A stretch of DNA of 64,000 bases from positions 145,569 through 209,568 of the forward strand of contig CAVXUI010000005.1 in assembly GCA_963764985.1 (NCBI GenBank). The letters run 5' to 3'. This document shows, in pieces, positions 32,276 to 42,876 of the stretch (positions are counted from its first letter, which is position 1; every line of letters begins with the position of its first letter). This DNA comes from an uncultured Chloroflexia bacterium. GTDB lineage: Bacteria; Chloroflexota; Anaerolineae; J036; Brachytrichaceae. The translations under genes were made by a program, and so were the position numbers. Under the pieces are notes generated by a model. The model saw nothing but the letters and a program-made list of their open reading frames with translations. It made no database searches and was not told the DNA's origin.

Positions 32276-33716
32276 GTGACACAACAAAACATAGAACGCA
32301 AGAGTTTTTGGCGCACCGAGATCGCGGATATTTTGCTACTGATCGTCTTTGTCGCGATCGTTGAGTTGTTGGCGCCGCTGTTGGCCAGCAACATTGCGCC
32401 GGGGCTGCAGCTGCCGCTGGGCATCGCGCTTGCGGTCATCCCGGCCGTGCTGTGGATCTCGATCTTTTCGGCGCAGGATCGCAGCGAACCCGAGCCACGC
32501 CATTTTGTGATCGGCGTTGCGGTGTTGAGCGGGCTGCTCGCGGCTGCGGTCGGACAGCCGTTGCTCAACGGCTTCTTCCGCATACAGGGCTGGCTGCACC
32601 GCGACATGCTGACCAACCTGCTCGGCTCGGTGCTGATCGTCGGCATGATTCAGGAGGCGCTCAAGTATCTGGCGGTGCGCTTTAGCGTGTATTTTTCGCA
32701 TGAGTACCGACCAACGCATCGACGGCGTGCTGTATGGCACAGCCGCTGGCGTGGGCTACGCCACCGTGCTGAACCTCAGTTCAGTCTTTGCGAGCGGCGG
32801 GTTTGAGGACCTCGGCGCCGGCGTGTTGCGCATCGTGATCACAGTCCTGGCGCATGCATCCGTCGGCGGGCTGGTCGGCTATTTCATGGCGCGCGATCGT
32901 TTTGACAACAAGCCCAGCGGGTGGATGGCGCTCGGGTTACTGCTGGCTGCGACGGTCAACGGCGTGTTTTCTGTGTTGCGCGGCGAGATCAGCGAGAGCC
33001 GCATCGCAATCGACGCCAGCGGCGCAGCGTCGGCCGGTTTCAGCGGCCTGCCCGCCCTGTTGCTCAGCGCGGCTGTGGCGATCGTGATCTTCGCGATCGT
33101 ATTCATGCTGATGCGCCGCGTGAGCGCGTTGCCAAAACAAACCGCCGGGCCGGCCCATGACACAAAGACGCTGTATGCAGCGCTGGCCGTCGCCGCGCTG
33201 GCCGTACTGCTCGGGCTGCTGTATCGCAACAGCATGGAGTCCCGCACGCGCGAATACGCCGATGCCGCGTCTGGCGTGACGTTGGTCTATCCGGACAGCT
33301 GGCGGCTGGATAAACGCGACGCAGGCGACGGTGTGTTGCGCGTGCGCGACCCGCAACAGACTGGCTATGCCACCACGCTTGAACTACGCTGGGTGGCGAT
33401 TGAGGCGACGGCCGACGACAAAAACGCGATCGCATCAACCGCCAACAGTTTGGCTGTCGAACGCGCGCAACAGTTGAGCGCCTACAAAACCCTGGATCTC
33501 AGCGTGACGTCGGACACACCCGGCGCCGGCAGCGCAAGTTATGCCTTTGTGTCCAGCGGCGGCGCGCTGCAGGAGCGTGTGCCCACAGTCGTGCTTGGCG
33601 AAGATCGCTACGTGCGCCGCGGCGACAAGGTGTTTATCTATACGCTGCACAGCACGGAAGCCAACCTGGCCACTGCCCAGCCTCTGTTTGAACGTTTTAT
33701 CAGCACATCTCGCTAA
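32276..33716 (+). CDS. PrsW-family intramembrane protease with a C-terminal extracytoplasmic domain; one frame break near 32700
   Basis: Multi-pass N-terminus with the EALKYLAV motif (ORF 32276-32806) and DGVLYGTAAGVGYATVLNL plus a second His region (ORF 32700-33716). Confidence 0.65.
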
Positions 33717-33776
33717 TCACGTATTCCGATTGAGTTACGTCAGAAGACACCATTCTTCGGCTCCACCGACACTCCT

Positions 33777-34982
33777 ATGAAATCACTCAAATATCTGGCC
33801 GTAGCCGCACTCGCTGGGTTGCTGGTATTGGCGACAACGCCGACCCGCACCGCGCCGGTGCGCGCGCTCGACAAAAAACTGGTGCAGCGCGCGTCAAAGG
33901 CGTCGGTGCAACTGGGCCCGATCCTGACGCGCAAGTCGAAGGGCAAGACGCAGACAAAAGTCGTCGGCATCGGCAGCGGGACCATGTTAAAAGGCGGCTA
34001 CATCCTGACCAACGCGCATGTCGCGGACATCGAGTCGATCCAGGAGGAAGCCAAGAGCCAGGGCGTGCAGGTGCTCGAAGGCAAGATGGCGGTCATGATC
34101 ACCCGTCGCACCGATGAGCCGCCCATTGCGACCTACATCGCCGATATTGTGCTGCTAGATCGCGAGCTTGATCTGGCCATGCTGCGCATCGCGTATGACA
34201 CCTCCGGCGAGCCGATCGACGCGGATGCGGAGGAAATTACGTTTCTCGACTTGGGCAATTCCGACACGATTGAGATCGGCGACACGCTCAACATCTTTGG
34301 CTACCCCGGCATCGGCGGCGACACGATCACGTTCACCAGCGGCCCGGTCTCCGGGTTTTCACCGCAGGGCAAAGTGGCGCGCGGCTGGATCAAAACCAGC
34401 GCGTCGATCTCCGGCGGCAACAGCGGTGGCACTGGCGTGGACGATGGCGGCAGACTCGTCGGCGTGCCCACGCAGGCCGGCTCGGGCCAGGGCAAAGACG
34501 TCGTCGATTGCCGCCCGGTCGCGGACACCAACGGGGATGGGCGCGTCAATAGCGAGGACACCTGCATGCCGATTGGCGGGTTTATCAACTCGTTGCGGCC
34601 GATCAACCTGGCTAAATCACTCATAAGCGAGGCCATCAGTGGCGGCTCGAACAATGGCAACAGCGACGATCCGGTCACCGAAGGTGTGCTCTTCACGGGC
34701 AAAGTCGTCGACGCCAGCACGGGCCGCCCGATCGCCGGCGCGGTGTTCGTTGTGCTCAAAGAAGGTGTCGCCTGGTCAGAGAACGTCAGCGAAGAAGACA
34801 TCTACGATCAAGCCCAAACCGATCGCAAGGGCCAGTTCGCCACCACAATCCCAGTCGTGCGCGGCTCCAGCTACAGCCTTGGGATCCTGGCCAAAAATTA
34901 CCGGCCCGTTTTGGACGACGCCATCGAAATCACCGACGCCATGCCCGACACGGTGAATTTGACGATCAAGATGCAAAAGTAG
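33777..34982 (+). CDS. Secreted trypsin-like (S1) serine protease with a CarboxypepD_reg-like C-terminal domain
   Basis: Signal peptide. His region GGYILTNAHV. Ser region SISGGNSGG. C-terminal GKVVDASTGRPIAGAVFVVLKEG. Confidence 0.75.
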   Translation: MKSLKYLAVAALAGLLVLATTPTRTAPVRALDKKLVQRASKASVQLGPILTRKSKGKTQTKVVGIGSGTMLKGGYILTNAHVADIESIQEEAKSQGVQVLEGKMAVMITRRTDEPPIATYIADIVLLDRELDLAMLRIAYDTSGEPIDADAEEITFLDLGNSDTIEIGDTLNIFGYPGIGGDTITFTSGPVSGFSPQGKVARGWIKTSASISGGNSGGTGVDDGGRLVGVPTQAGSGQGKDVVDCRPVADTNGDGRVNSEDTCMPIGGFINSLRPINLAKSLISEAISGGSNNGNSDDPVTEGVLFTGKVVDASTGRPIAGAVFVVLKEGVAWSENVSEEDIYDQAQTDRKGQFATTIPVVRGSSYSLGILAKNYRPVLDDAIEITDAMPDTVNLTIKMQK

Positions 34983-34983
34983 T

Positions 34984-35091
34984 GGCGAGGCATGCCTCGC
35001 CTTGCGTCACAACCACCCATATCTCCGCCACCATAAAGCATGCGCGATTGTTTGGCGGAGACGCGGCTGCGGAAGGCGAGGCATGCCTCGC
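34984..35091. repeat. Twin GGCGAGGCATGCCTCGCC palindromes bracketing a third hairpin, between convergent genes
   Basis: Perfect 18-nt palindrome at 34984-35001, 2 nt after the protease TAG. A 17-nt copy at 35075-35091, 2 nt before the ccmB stop on the minus strand. Between them is the stem TCTCCGCCA/TGGCGGAGA. Confidence 0.8.
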
Positions 35092-35093
35092 GG

Positions 35094-35774
35094 CTACTCA
35101 ACCACCAAAAACTCGAACAGCAGTGTGCCGGCCGTCCAGAAAATGACGATGAACCCGGCCAGCATGCCGAGATAGGGTCCGTAATCGGCAAATGGCAGCC
35201 GATCGACGATCCCCGATGTGGCCAGCACGGCCGCAGTCACCAACGGCAGCACCACGGGAAACAGCAAGATCGGCAAAAACACCTCGCGCGCGCGGGTGTT
35301 GGCGGCCATCATCGCGATCAACGTGCCGGCGCCGGCATAACCGACCGCACCCAGCACCACGGTCAGCCAGACGCCGGGCAGCACCATGCGTTCGTCGAAC
35401 AAGACGGCCACAATCGGCACGGCCAGCAACGCCACGATCAGCGTGAACAGCGCGTTTGTCAGCGCCTTGCCAAGATAGATCACGCTGCGATCGACCGGCG
35501 CGAGCAACAGGCCATCAAAGCACTGATTGATTTGCTCGTTCGACATCGACCGGTTCAGACCCAGCGTGCCGGCGAAGACCAACGTCACCCAGAGCACCGC
35601 CGGCGCGAGCACCGGCACGTTGTCGGCGCGCGCGCGAAAGCCAAAGCTAAACATGACCAGCGTCATCAGCGAGAAGACAAGCATCGCGGTCATGATTTCG
35701 CGCGTGCGTAGCTCGGTCAGCAGATCCTTGCGGATGAGTGCCAAAATTGGCCGAAGGATGCCTCGCGTCATCAT
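35094..35774 (-). CDS. ccmB: Heme exporter permease CcmB-like (ABC-2 type)
   Basis: Intact 226-aa ORF with six predicted hydrophobic segments. Immediately downstream of the CcmA-like ATPase. Confidence 0.65.
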   Translation of the reverse strand: MMTRGILRPILALIRKDLLTELRTREIMTAMLVFSLMTLVMFSFGFRARADNVPVLAPAVLWVTLVFAGTLGLNRSMSNEQINQCFDGLLLAPVDRSVIYLGKALTNALFTLIVALLAVPIVAVLFDERMVLPGVWLTVVLGAVGYAGAGTLIAMMAANTRAREVFLPILLFPVVLPLVTAAVLATSGIVDRLPFADYGPYLGMLAGFIVIFWTAGTLLFEFLVVE

Positions 35775-35777
35775 GGG

Positions 35778-36458
35778 TTATGCCACCAACGCGGCCAGCG
35801 ACGCGGCGTTCACGCCCGCGCGCACTTCGCCGCCGATCCTGCCATTGCGGATGACCACGGCGCGCGTGATGCCGTCCAACCCGCGGCCAAACTCGTGCGT
35901 GGTCATCACAATTGCGCGGCCGTTGGACGCGGCCTGTGTCAGCAGGCCGGACAACGTGGCGGCCGAGGCTTGATCCAGCCCGGTGTAGGGCTCGTCGAGC
36001 AACAACAGCGCCGGATTGTGCAGCGTGGCGCGCGCAATGGTCAGGCGCTGAATCATGCCGCGTGAAAACGTGCGCGCCAGATCATGCGCGCGCGGCCAAA
36101 GATCGACCTGGCGCAGCGCGTTTTCAATCGTCGCATGCGGCACGCCCTGCAGATCGGCGTGAAAACGCAGGTTTTCAAATGCGGTCAGATCCGGATACAC
36201 CAACGACTGATGCGACACCACGCCGATGCGCGCGCGCGCGGCATCCGGGTTCGCAACCGCGTCGATGCCGTCGATGCGCAAGGTGCCCGAATTTGGCTTG
36301 CTGAGCGTGGTCAGCATGCGCAGCAAGGTCGTCTTGCCTGCGCCATTCGCGCCGAGCACGGCCAGGCACTCATTGCGTTCGACAGAAAGCGAGATCCCGC
36401 GCAAGACCGGGCGTAGGCCGTAAAACTTTGTCAGTTGCTCGGCGATCAGCAACGTCAT
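35778..36458 (-). CDS. ccmA: Heme ABC exporter ATP-binding protein CcmA-like
   Basis: Walker A GANGAGKTT, signature FSRGMIQRL, Walker B LLLLDEP. Confidence 0.7.
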   Translation of the reverse strand: MTLLIAEQLTKFYGLRPVLRGISLSVERNECLAVLGANGAGKTTLLRMLTTLSKPNSGTLRIDGIDAVANPDAARARIGVVSHQSLVYPDLTAFENLRFHADLQGVPHATIENALRQVDLWPRAHDLARTFSRGMIQRLTIARATLHNPALLLLDEPYTGLDQASAATLSGLLTQAASNGRAIVMTTHEFGRGLDGITRAVVIRNGRIGGEVRAGVNAASLAALVA

Positions 36459-37282
36459 TTCTTGCCCAGTTCCTGGCTGCGCCGATAGGCGGCCCAGATC
36501 GCATCGGCCATCGCCGTGCGCACGCCCGCTTTCTCAAGTTCATAGAGGCCAGCCGCGGTCGTGCCGCCGGCTGAGGTCACCTGATTTTTGAGCGCAGCCG
36601 GGTGCAATGGCGATTGCAGCGCGTATTCGATGCTGCCCTTAAACGTCTGCATGACCAGCTTTTCGGCGACCGGCCGCATAAAGCCGAGATGCACTGCGGC
36701 ATCGATCATCGACTCGATCAACAAAAAGACATAGGCCGGGCCTGAGCCGTTGATCGCGGTGGCCATGTCGATCTGCGATTCTTTGTCGACCCGCACGTCT
36801 TCGCCCATCGCGGCCAGCACGGCTTTGGCCAGCGTGAGCTGTTCTTCGCGTACGTTGTCTGTGGGAATCCAGGCGGTCATGCCCTGCCCAATCTGCGCCG
36901 GCGTGTTTGGGATCGTGCGAATGACGGGCTGTGCCGGATGCAACCCGGCGCGAATCGAGTCGATGGTGACGCCGGCGGCGATCGAAAATAACAGTGCGTC
37001 CGGACTCAGGTTTTGCTTAATCGCAGCAAAGACGTCGTTAACAACTTGTGGCTTTACCGCGAGCACAACTAACGCTGCGCTTTCCGCAGCCTCAGTATTC
37101 GCGGTTACCGTATGGATTGCGTAGCGATCTCGCAAGCTGTCTCGTCGGCCAGCGTCAGGCTCTGACACCCAAATCTGGCTAGGCTGGAGGACGTTACGAG
37201 TGACCAGCGCCTTGATAATGGCCTCGCCCATGGCACCACCGCCCAAAAACGCGACTTTTTCCATAATAACTCGTTGAAGCAC
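36455..37282 (-). CDS. proC: Pyrroline-5-carboxylate reductase
   Basis: Intact 275-aa ORF. N-terminal Rossmann motif FLGGGAMGEA. C-terminal VTSAGGTTAAGL motif. Its stop overlaps the ccmA start by 4 nt. Confidence 0.85.
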   Translation of the reverse strand: MLQRVIMEKVAFLGGGAMGEAIIKALVTRNVLQPSQIWVSEPDAGRRDSLRDRYAIHTVTANTEAAESAALVVLAVKPQVVNDVFAAIKQNLSPDALLFSIAAGVTIDSIRAGLHPAQPVIRTIPNTPAQIGQGMTAWIPTDNVREEQLTLAKAVLAAMGEDVRVDKESQIDMATAINGSGPAYVFLLIESMIDAAVHLGFMRPVAEKLVMQTFKGSIEYALQSPLHPAALKNQVTSAGGTTAAGLYELEKAGVRTAMADAIWAAYRRSQELGKK

Positions 37283-37392
37283 CTGTCATAACGACGATTT
37301 TCAGTGAGTGTTTACCCGTGTGAACGCTCGCCGATCTGCATCGCTTTTATGACACAAACCCAAGAACTTAGACTGCGCCTGTGGATAACTTG

Positions 37393-37422
37393 TTGATAAG
37401 TATGACCCAACGGCTCTATAAT
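37393..37422 (+). promoter_or_regulatory. Candidate sigma-70-type promoter for mreB
   Basis: TTGATA (37393-37398), 18-nt spacer, TATAAT (37417-37422). AGAGG lies 6 nt upstream of ATG 37445. Confidence 0.4.
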
Positions 37423-37444
37423 AGCCGAATTCAAGAGGTAGCGA

Positions 37445-38536
37445 ATGCCTAGCATCATCGACCGGTTTCTCGGTCTCTTCTCGCTAGATCTGGGCATCGA
37501 CCTGGGGACGGCGAACACCCTCGTGGCTGTTCGAAACAAGGGAATTGTCATCAACGAACCGTCGTGGGTGGCTATTGACCGAAAAACGCGCCAGGTCAAA
37601 GCCGTCGGGGCCGAAGCCAAAGAAATGGTCGGCCGCACCCCCGCACGCATTGTGGCGATCCGCCCATTGCGCGACGGCGTTATTTCCAACTTCGAAGTCA
37701 CCGAAGCGATGCTGCGCTACTTCATCGAAAAGGCGCACAGCCGCAATCTGTTTAACGTCCCCCGCCCGCGCGTTGTCATTGGCATTCCCTCGGGCGTGAC
37801 CGAGGTTGAAAAGCGCGCGGTCTACGACGCCGCGCTTTCCGCCGGCGCGCGCGAAGCCTTTCTGATCGAAGAACCGATGGCAGCCGCGGTCGGCGCCGGG
37901 TTGCCGGTCATGGAAGCACAGGGCTCGCTCGTGGTCGACATTGGCGGCGGCACGACGGAGGTCGCGGTCTTCGCGCTGGGCGGCATCGTGGTCTCGCGCT
38001 CAATCCGCGTGGCCGGCGACGAGATGGACGAAGACGTCATCTCGTATGCGCGCACAAAATACAACCTGCTGATCGGCGAGCGCATGGCTGAAAAGGTCAA
38101 AATCGCGATTGGCTCGGCCTTCTCGCTGCCCGAAGAAAAGAACATGATGCTGCGCGGCCGCAACCTGGTGACCGGGTTGCCCGAAGCGGTGGAAGTCTCG
38201 TCGATCGAAATTCGCGAAGCGCTGGCGAACTCGGTCAACACCATCGTCGAAACGGTGCGGGCGACGCTCGACGAAACACCGCCAGAGCTGGTTGCCGACC
38301 TGATGGAAACCGGCATTGCGCTGGCCGGTGGTGGCGCGCTGCTGCAAGGCCTGGTCGAGCGCATCGCCGACGAGACAAATATTCACACCTGGATCGCCGA
38401 AGATCCGCTCACCTGTGTGGCGCGTGGCGCCGAATCGGTGCTCGAGAAACTCGATGAACTCGCACCGGTGCTGGTCGGCCTTGAGCGCAAGAGCACATCG
38501 CAACCCGCCACCACCAGCGTGCGCCGTGTTGCTTAA
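37445..38536 (+). CDS. mreB: Rod shape-determining protein MreB
   Basis: Intact 363-aa ORF. Motifs LGIDLGTANTLV, VVDIGGGTTEVAV, LAGGGALLQGL. Confidence 0.9.
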   Translation: MPSIIDRFLGLFSLDLGIDLGTANTLVAVRNKGIVINEPSWVAIDRKTRQVKAVGAEAKEMVGRTPARIVAIRPLRDGVISNFEVTEAMLRYFIEKAHSRNLFNVPRPRVVIGIPSGVTEVEKRAVYDAALSAGAREAFLIEEPMAAAVGAGLPVMEAQGSLVVDIGGGTTEVAVFALGGIVVSRSIRVAGDEMDEDVISYARTKYNLLIGERMAEKVKIAIGSAFSLPEEKNMMLRGRNLVTGLPEAVEVSSIEIREALANSVNTIVETVRATLDETPPELVADLMETGIALAGGGALLQGLVERIADETNIHTWIAEDPLTCVARGAESVLEKLDELAPVLVGLERKSTSQPATTSVRRVA

Positions 38537-39431
38537 ATGAACCGAAGCCGGTCCAGTTCGCCCATCGTCATCCCCATCGTGCTCGGCATCTGCGCCCTGG
38601 TTGTGTTGATCAGCCTGGCTTCACAATCGACGCTCGCGCAGGGGCCGCTTTCGATTGTGCTGGCGCCAGTGCAGCGCGTGTTGGCGCAGTTGGGGCGCGC
38701 CATCAACGGCGTGTTGCGACCGTTGGGCGAACCCGCCTTCACCCCCGAGCAGGCCGCACGCTACCAGGCGCAAATCACCGCGCTTTCAAACGAGAACTCG
38801 CGGCTGCGCGAGTTTCAAGCTGAAACACAGCAATACCGCGAGTTGCTCAAATTTACGCAGGACAACCCGGCGCTGGACTTTGTCGGCGCCGATGTGATCG
38901 GCATTGGCAGCAAGGCCTGCGAAGGCCGCCCCAACATTGGCGCGAATGTCGGCGTGTGCGCCGCGGTCATCGCTGGCGACCCGAGCCCGTATGTGCGTTT
39001 TCTCACGATCAACGCCGGCAGCGCAAACGGCATCCAGACCGGCATGCCGGTCATCGGCGGCGGCGGCGTGCTGATCGGTCGCATTGGCCGCGTGGTCAAC
39101 GCCAACACCGCGCAGGTGCAGCTGATCACCGATCCGGGCTCTTTCATCGTAGTGCAGCTGGTTGGCTCGCGCGCAACCGGCACGATTGCCGGGCAACCTG
39201 ATGGCACATTGCGGCTGCAAAACGTTCTGCAAACCGAGAACGTGCAGAAGCGGTGATCTGATCGTCACCAGCGGATTGGGCGGCGGTTTGCCACCCGGCT
39301 TGTCGGTGGGTCAGGTGGATCAGATTGTCAGCAAAGAGCTGGAAACCCTAAAGGAAGCGACGGTGCGGCCCGGCACCGACATGCGCCGCCTCGAGCACAT
39401 CATCGTCCTCAAATTCGTGCCGCCGTCTTAG
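38537..39431 (+). CDS. mreC: Rod shape-determining protein MreC; one frame break near 39250
   Basis: ORF 38537-39256 (TM segment, coiled coil LSNENSRLREFQAE, GMPVIGGGGVLIGRIGRV) joins ORF 39162-39431 (GDLIVTSGLGGGLPPGLSVGQV). Confidence 0.8.
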
Positions 39432-39449
39432 CGCCGCGCAACATCCAAA

Positions 39450-39955
39450 ATGCGCAGACATGTTTTCGCCACGTTTCTGTTGATCGCTTCTTGCGATCAC
39501 CGAGCGGCCATGCTGCCGACGATGCTCGGCGGTCTGCCGCGCCCGAACCTGGTGCTGGTCGCCGCCTCATCCTGGGCGGCCATGCGCCGCAACGAAGGGT
39601 TTGTCTGGGCGCTCGGGCGGCGGTGTGCTGCTTGATTTGCTTTCGAGTGCGCCGTTTGGCTCGCACACCGTGGGCCTGGTGCTTGGCAATCTCGTCGCGC
39701 TTGCGCTCGATCGATTCCCGATGCCGCTGCCATTTTTTCGCGTCACCAACTGGGTTGCGTTTACAACGCTGGTTTTTCACCTGGTGTTGCTGCTGGCGTT
39801 GATCGCTAGCCGGCCGCCGCTTTGACTTCGGGCTCGCGCTTTCAACCACCGTTCTGCCGTTGCTGGCGATCAACCCAGTGCTGTCGTTGCTGGCGTTTGT
39901 CTTTCTGGCGCCGGTGCAGAATCAGTTGAATGAGCAGGAGCGGTTTGCGAAATAG
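39450..39955 (+). CDS. mreD: Rod shape-determining protein MreD; about 2 frame breaks
   Basis: Hydrophobic ORF pieces 39450-39635 and 39601-25 (GGVLLDLLSSAPFGSHTVGLVLG), plus a final piece ending ..NEQERFAK with TAG at 39953-39955. The call rests mainly on its position after mreC. Confidence 0.6.
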
Positions 39956-40052
39956 AAGTACTTAATAAAGTGCTTAAGGTGCTTGAAGTGTTACGGTGCT
40001 GAGCAATGCCTGAAGCACTTTAGGCACCTCAAGCACTTTTAAGCACCTTCTC
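39954..40052. repeat. Imperfect hairpin built from 9-nt GTGCTTAAR-like units
   Basis: Left arm AGAAGTACTTAATAAAGTGCTTAAGGTGCTTGAAGTG. Right arm CACTTTAGGCACCTCAAGCACTTTTAAGCACCTTCT. About 80% complementary. Begins inside the mreD TAG and ends 28 nt before the mrdA ATG. Confidence 0.75.
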
Positions 40053-40079
40053 TCAGAATGCCCAGTTAAAACTATCCCC

Positions 40080-42247
40080 ATGCAGCTCGACGACCTTCCG
40101 CTCCGGCGCCGCACCAGCCAGGCACCGCCGACCGATCACACGGGCGGCCGCAAGCGTCTGTTGGGCATGATGGCGGTGCCGTCGCGGTGTTTTTGGCGCT
40201 GAACGGGCGCATTCTGTATTTCCAGACCACCTTGCGGCCCGAGCTCGAAAACCAGGCGCAGACAAACCAGACCGATTTGCAGCTCAAAACAGCGTCGCGC
40301 GGGATCATTTACGACCGCAATGGCATCCCGCTGGTTCGAAATGCGCCGATCTATCAGATCTCAATTATCCCGATCCGCCAGGTGGCCTTTGACGAAGACG
40401 TGCCGGTGATCGATCCGAAGACCGGGCAGCCATTGCTCGATCCAAAAACCGGCGAGATCATCTACAACGACTCGGCCGTGTTGCAGCGCATCAGCCGGCA
40501 GGCGGTCTATGCCAGGCTGGCCAGGCTCGTCAACCAGCCCGGCGTCACAGCAGGTGAAATCTTTACGCGCATGGTGCGCGCGCGTGACACTGGCCAGACC
40601 TTCCGTCCGGTCGTTGTAGTCGACAGCGTGCCGCGCGAAACCGCGCTCGTGATTCAGGAACAATCGCTGTTGCTGCCGGGCGTGGTGGTCGAGACGATTG
40701 GTTCGCGCATCTATCCGTATGGCGAGCTGTTTGGCAACATGCTTGGCTACACCGGCCGAATTCTGGACACCTCGGCGCGCCGTTACGGTCTTGAACCGGG
40801 CGGGAACAACAGAGAATTTCTGGTCGATTCAAATTATGGCGGCTACAAATATCTGATCGACAGCGATCGCATCGGCGTCACCGGCATCGAGGCCAATCAG
40901 GAACGCGAACTGCGCGGTCAGAAGGGCGAACGCGAGATCGTGGTCGATGTGTCGTATGAAGAAAAAGAGCTGCGCCGCGAGATCACGCCAACCGTCGGCA
41001 ACAACGTGCGGCTGACGCTGGATCTCCGCCTGCAGACGATCATTTCAGAACAGCTGCGCTATGGGCTGAACACGGTGAATTCGGAGAGTGGCGCGGTCGT
41101 CGCGCTGAATCCAAACACGGGCGAGATCATCGGCATGATCGGATTGCCGACCTATGACAACAATCTGTTCGCACGCGGCATCACCACGCAGGAGCTCAAA
41201 CTCCTCAACGATGATCCGTTTAAGCCGCAGCTCAACCATGCCACACAGGAAGACGTCGCGCCGGGTTCCACCTTCAAGATCATCACAACCGCCGCGATCG
41301 TGCAGGAAACTGGCGACAACGTCGACGAATTCACGCAAATTGTGGATCCGGGTATTTTTGAACTGCCAAACGCGTTTGACCCGAATGCAAAGGGCCGCGA
41401 GTTCTTTTGCTGGATCGCGCTAAAGCGGCAGGGAGGCAACCATGGCCCGCAAACGGCTGAAGAGGCGCTCAAAAACTCGTGCGACAGTTATTACTACAAG
41501 GCAGTCGGCGGCTACGAACCAGATGGCATCATCGGCATCGAATCGAACACGCTAGCCAAGTGGGGCCGCGCGTTTGGCATCGGCGAAGACACTTACGATT
41601 TCGGCGTGGCGTATTCGCCGGGTTATGCAGCCAGCCAGGAAGGCAACCTGTCGCGCGGCGGCGGCCTGTGGACGCAGGGTGACGACTACAACATCTCCAT
41701 CGGCCAGGGCGACACGCGCGCGACCGTGCTTGAGATGGCCATCGCCACATCCATCATCGCAAATGGCGGCACGCTGTATGAGCCCCAGATCGTGCGCGAT
41801 GTTGTGAACAACCAGCAACAGATTGTCAAACCCTTTGCGCCCAAGGTGCTTCGAAAACTGCCGTTGGACGATCGCACCATGCAGTTGATCCAGCGCGGCA
41901 TGTGGCGCGTTGTCAACGAGGAAGGCGGCACCGCGTTTTACAACGCCAGCCTGACAAAGTGGAACTTCGAGTACGCCGGCAAAACTGGCACGGCCGAGTT
42001 CTGCGACATTATCGTGGCGAAGCGCAAGCTATGCCCGCCCGACACAGAGTTTCAGCCGACACATGCCTGGTATATCGCCTACGCGCCTGCGGAAAACCCG
42101 CAGATCGCGCTGGCTGTGTATGTTTGGAACGGCGGCCAGGGTTCTGGCGTGGCCGCGCCAATCGCAGCGCGCATCCTGGCCAAGTATTTCAACCTGCCGA
42201 TCCCGGATGAAGAGCTGCCCAAGGTGGTCAAGAGCGATTCGGAGTAA
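40080..42247 (+). CDS. mrdA: Penicillin-binding protein 2 (elongasome transpeptidase); one frame break near 40180
   Basis: ATG 40080 (MQLDDLPLRRR..) shifts into ORF 40187-42247. PBP dimerisation domain plus transpeptidase motifs STFK (GSTFKIIT), SCD, KTGT (AGKTGTAE). Confidence 0.85.
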
Positions 42248-42248
42248 C

Positions 42249-42821
42249 TTACTCCAAAAACTTTACATCGCCCTTGTCGTTCAAATTCACTTTTTTGGTG
42301 ACACCGTTGACGTCGATCACATAGTCGCCGGCGCTGAGCGTAAACATGCTCACGATCACCGTGGTTTCAAACGGTTTGATCACCTGCGCGCAGACCTTGT
42401 CCGGGTCGCGCGAGGTTTTGACGGAGACGAGCACCTTGCCCTTCTCGTCGCGCTGTGTGATGGCGCCCAACGCGGTGCAGGCATCGCCCAGGCTGCCTTT
42501 AATTTTCACATCGAGCACAGACTTGTTGCTTGCGTTGATCGCCAGCGCCACCGAATCAACCACCGCATCGCCGATCACCGGAGCGGACACGGGTGACTTC
42601 AACGGCGAAACAAGCGGATCGACCGCCACAGCAGGCGCATCGCCACCGACGACAACGGCGGTCGGCGCGACAGATAAATCGCGCGCGGGCGCGGCCGCCG
42701 TGGCTGGCGCGGGCGCTTTGATGCCCGCTGCGGGGTTTGCCGTGGCTGCGCCGTTGCACGCGGTGAGCACCAGCATGCTGACAAGAATCACAACACCACG
42801 ACTATCGTTCATTTTCAACAT
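42249..42821 (-). CDS. Hypothetical lipoprotein
   Basis: Lipobox LVLTAC near the N-terminus, an Ala/Pro-rich linker, then a ~110-aa C-terminal domain. No family recognised. Confidence 0.5.
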   Translation of the reverse strand: MLKMNDSRGVVILVSMLVLTACNGAATANPAAGIKAPAPATAAAPARDLSVAPTAVVVGGDAPAVAVDPLVSPLKSPVSAPVIGDAVVDSVALAINASNKSVLDVKIKGSLGDACTALGAITQRDEKGKVLVSVKTSRDPDKVCAQVIKPFETTVIVSMFTLSAGDYVIDVNGVTKKVNLNDKGDVKFLE

Positions 42822-42876
42822 CGTTCACTCCTATCAGATTAGCGGTCCGAAGACCACTCAGTTATTTCTAATTCCC

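Noticed and set aside
35094-36458. ccmAB without ccmC-H as evidence for an unusual cytochrome c maturation system.
   Set aside because: The CcmA/CcmB assignment itself is only moderately secure, since generic ABC-2 exporters look similar, and the other ccm genes may lie outside the window.
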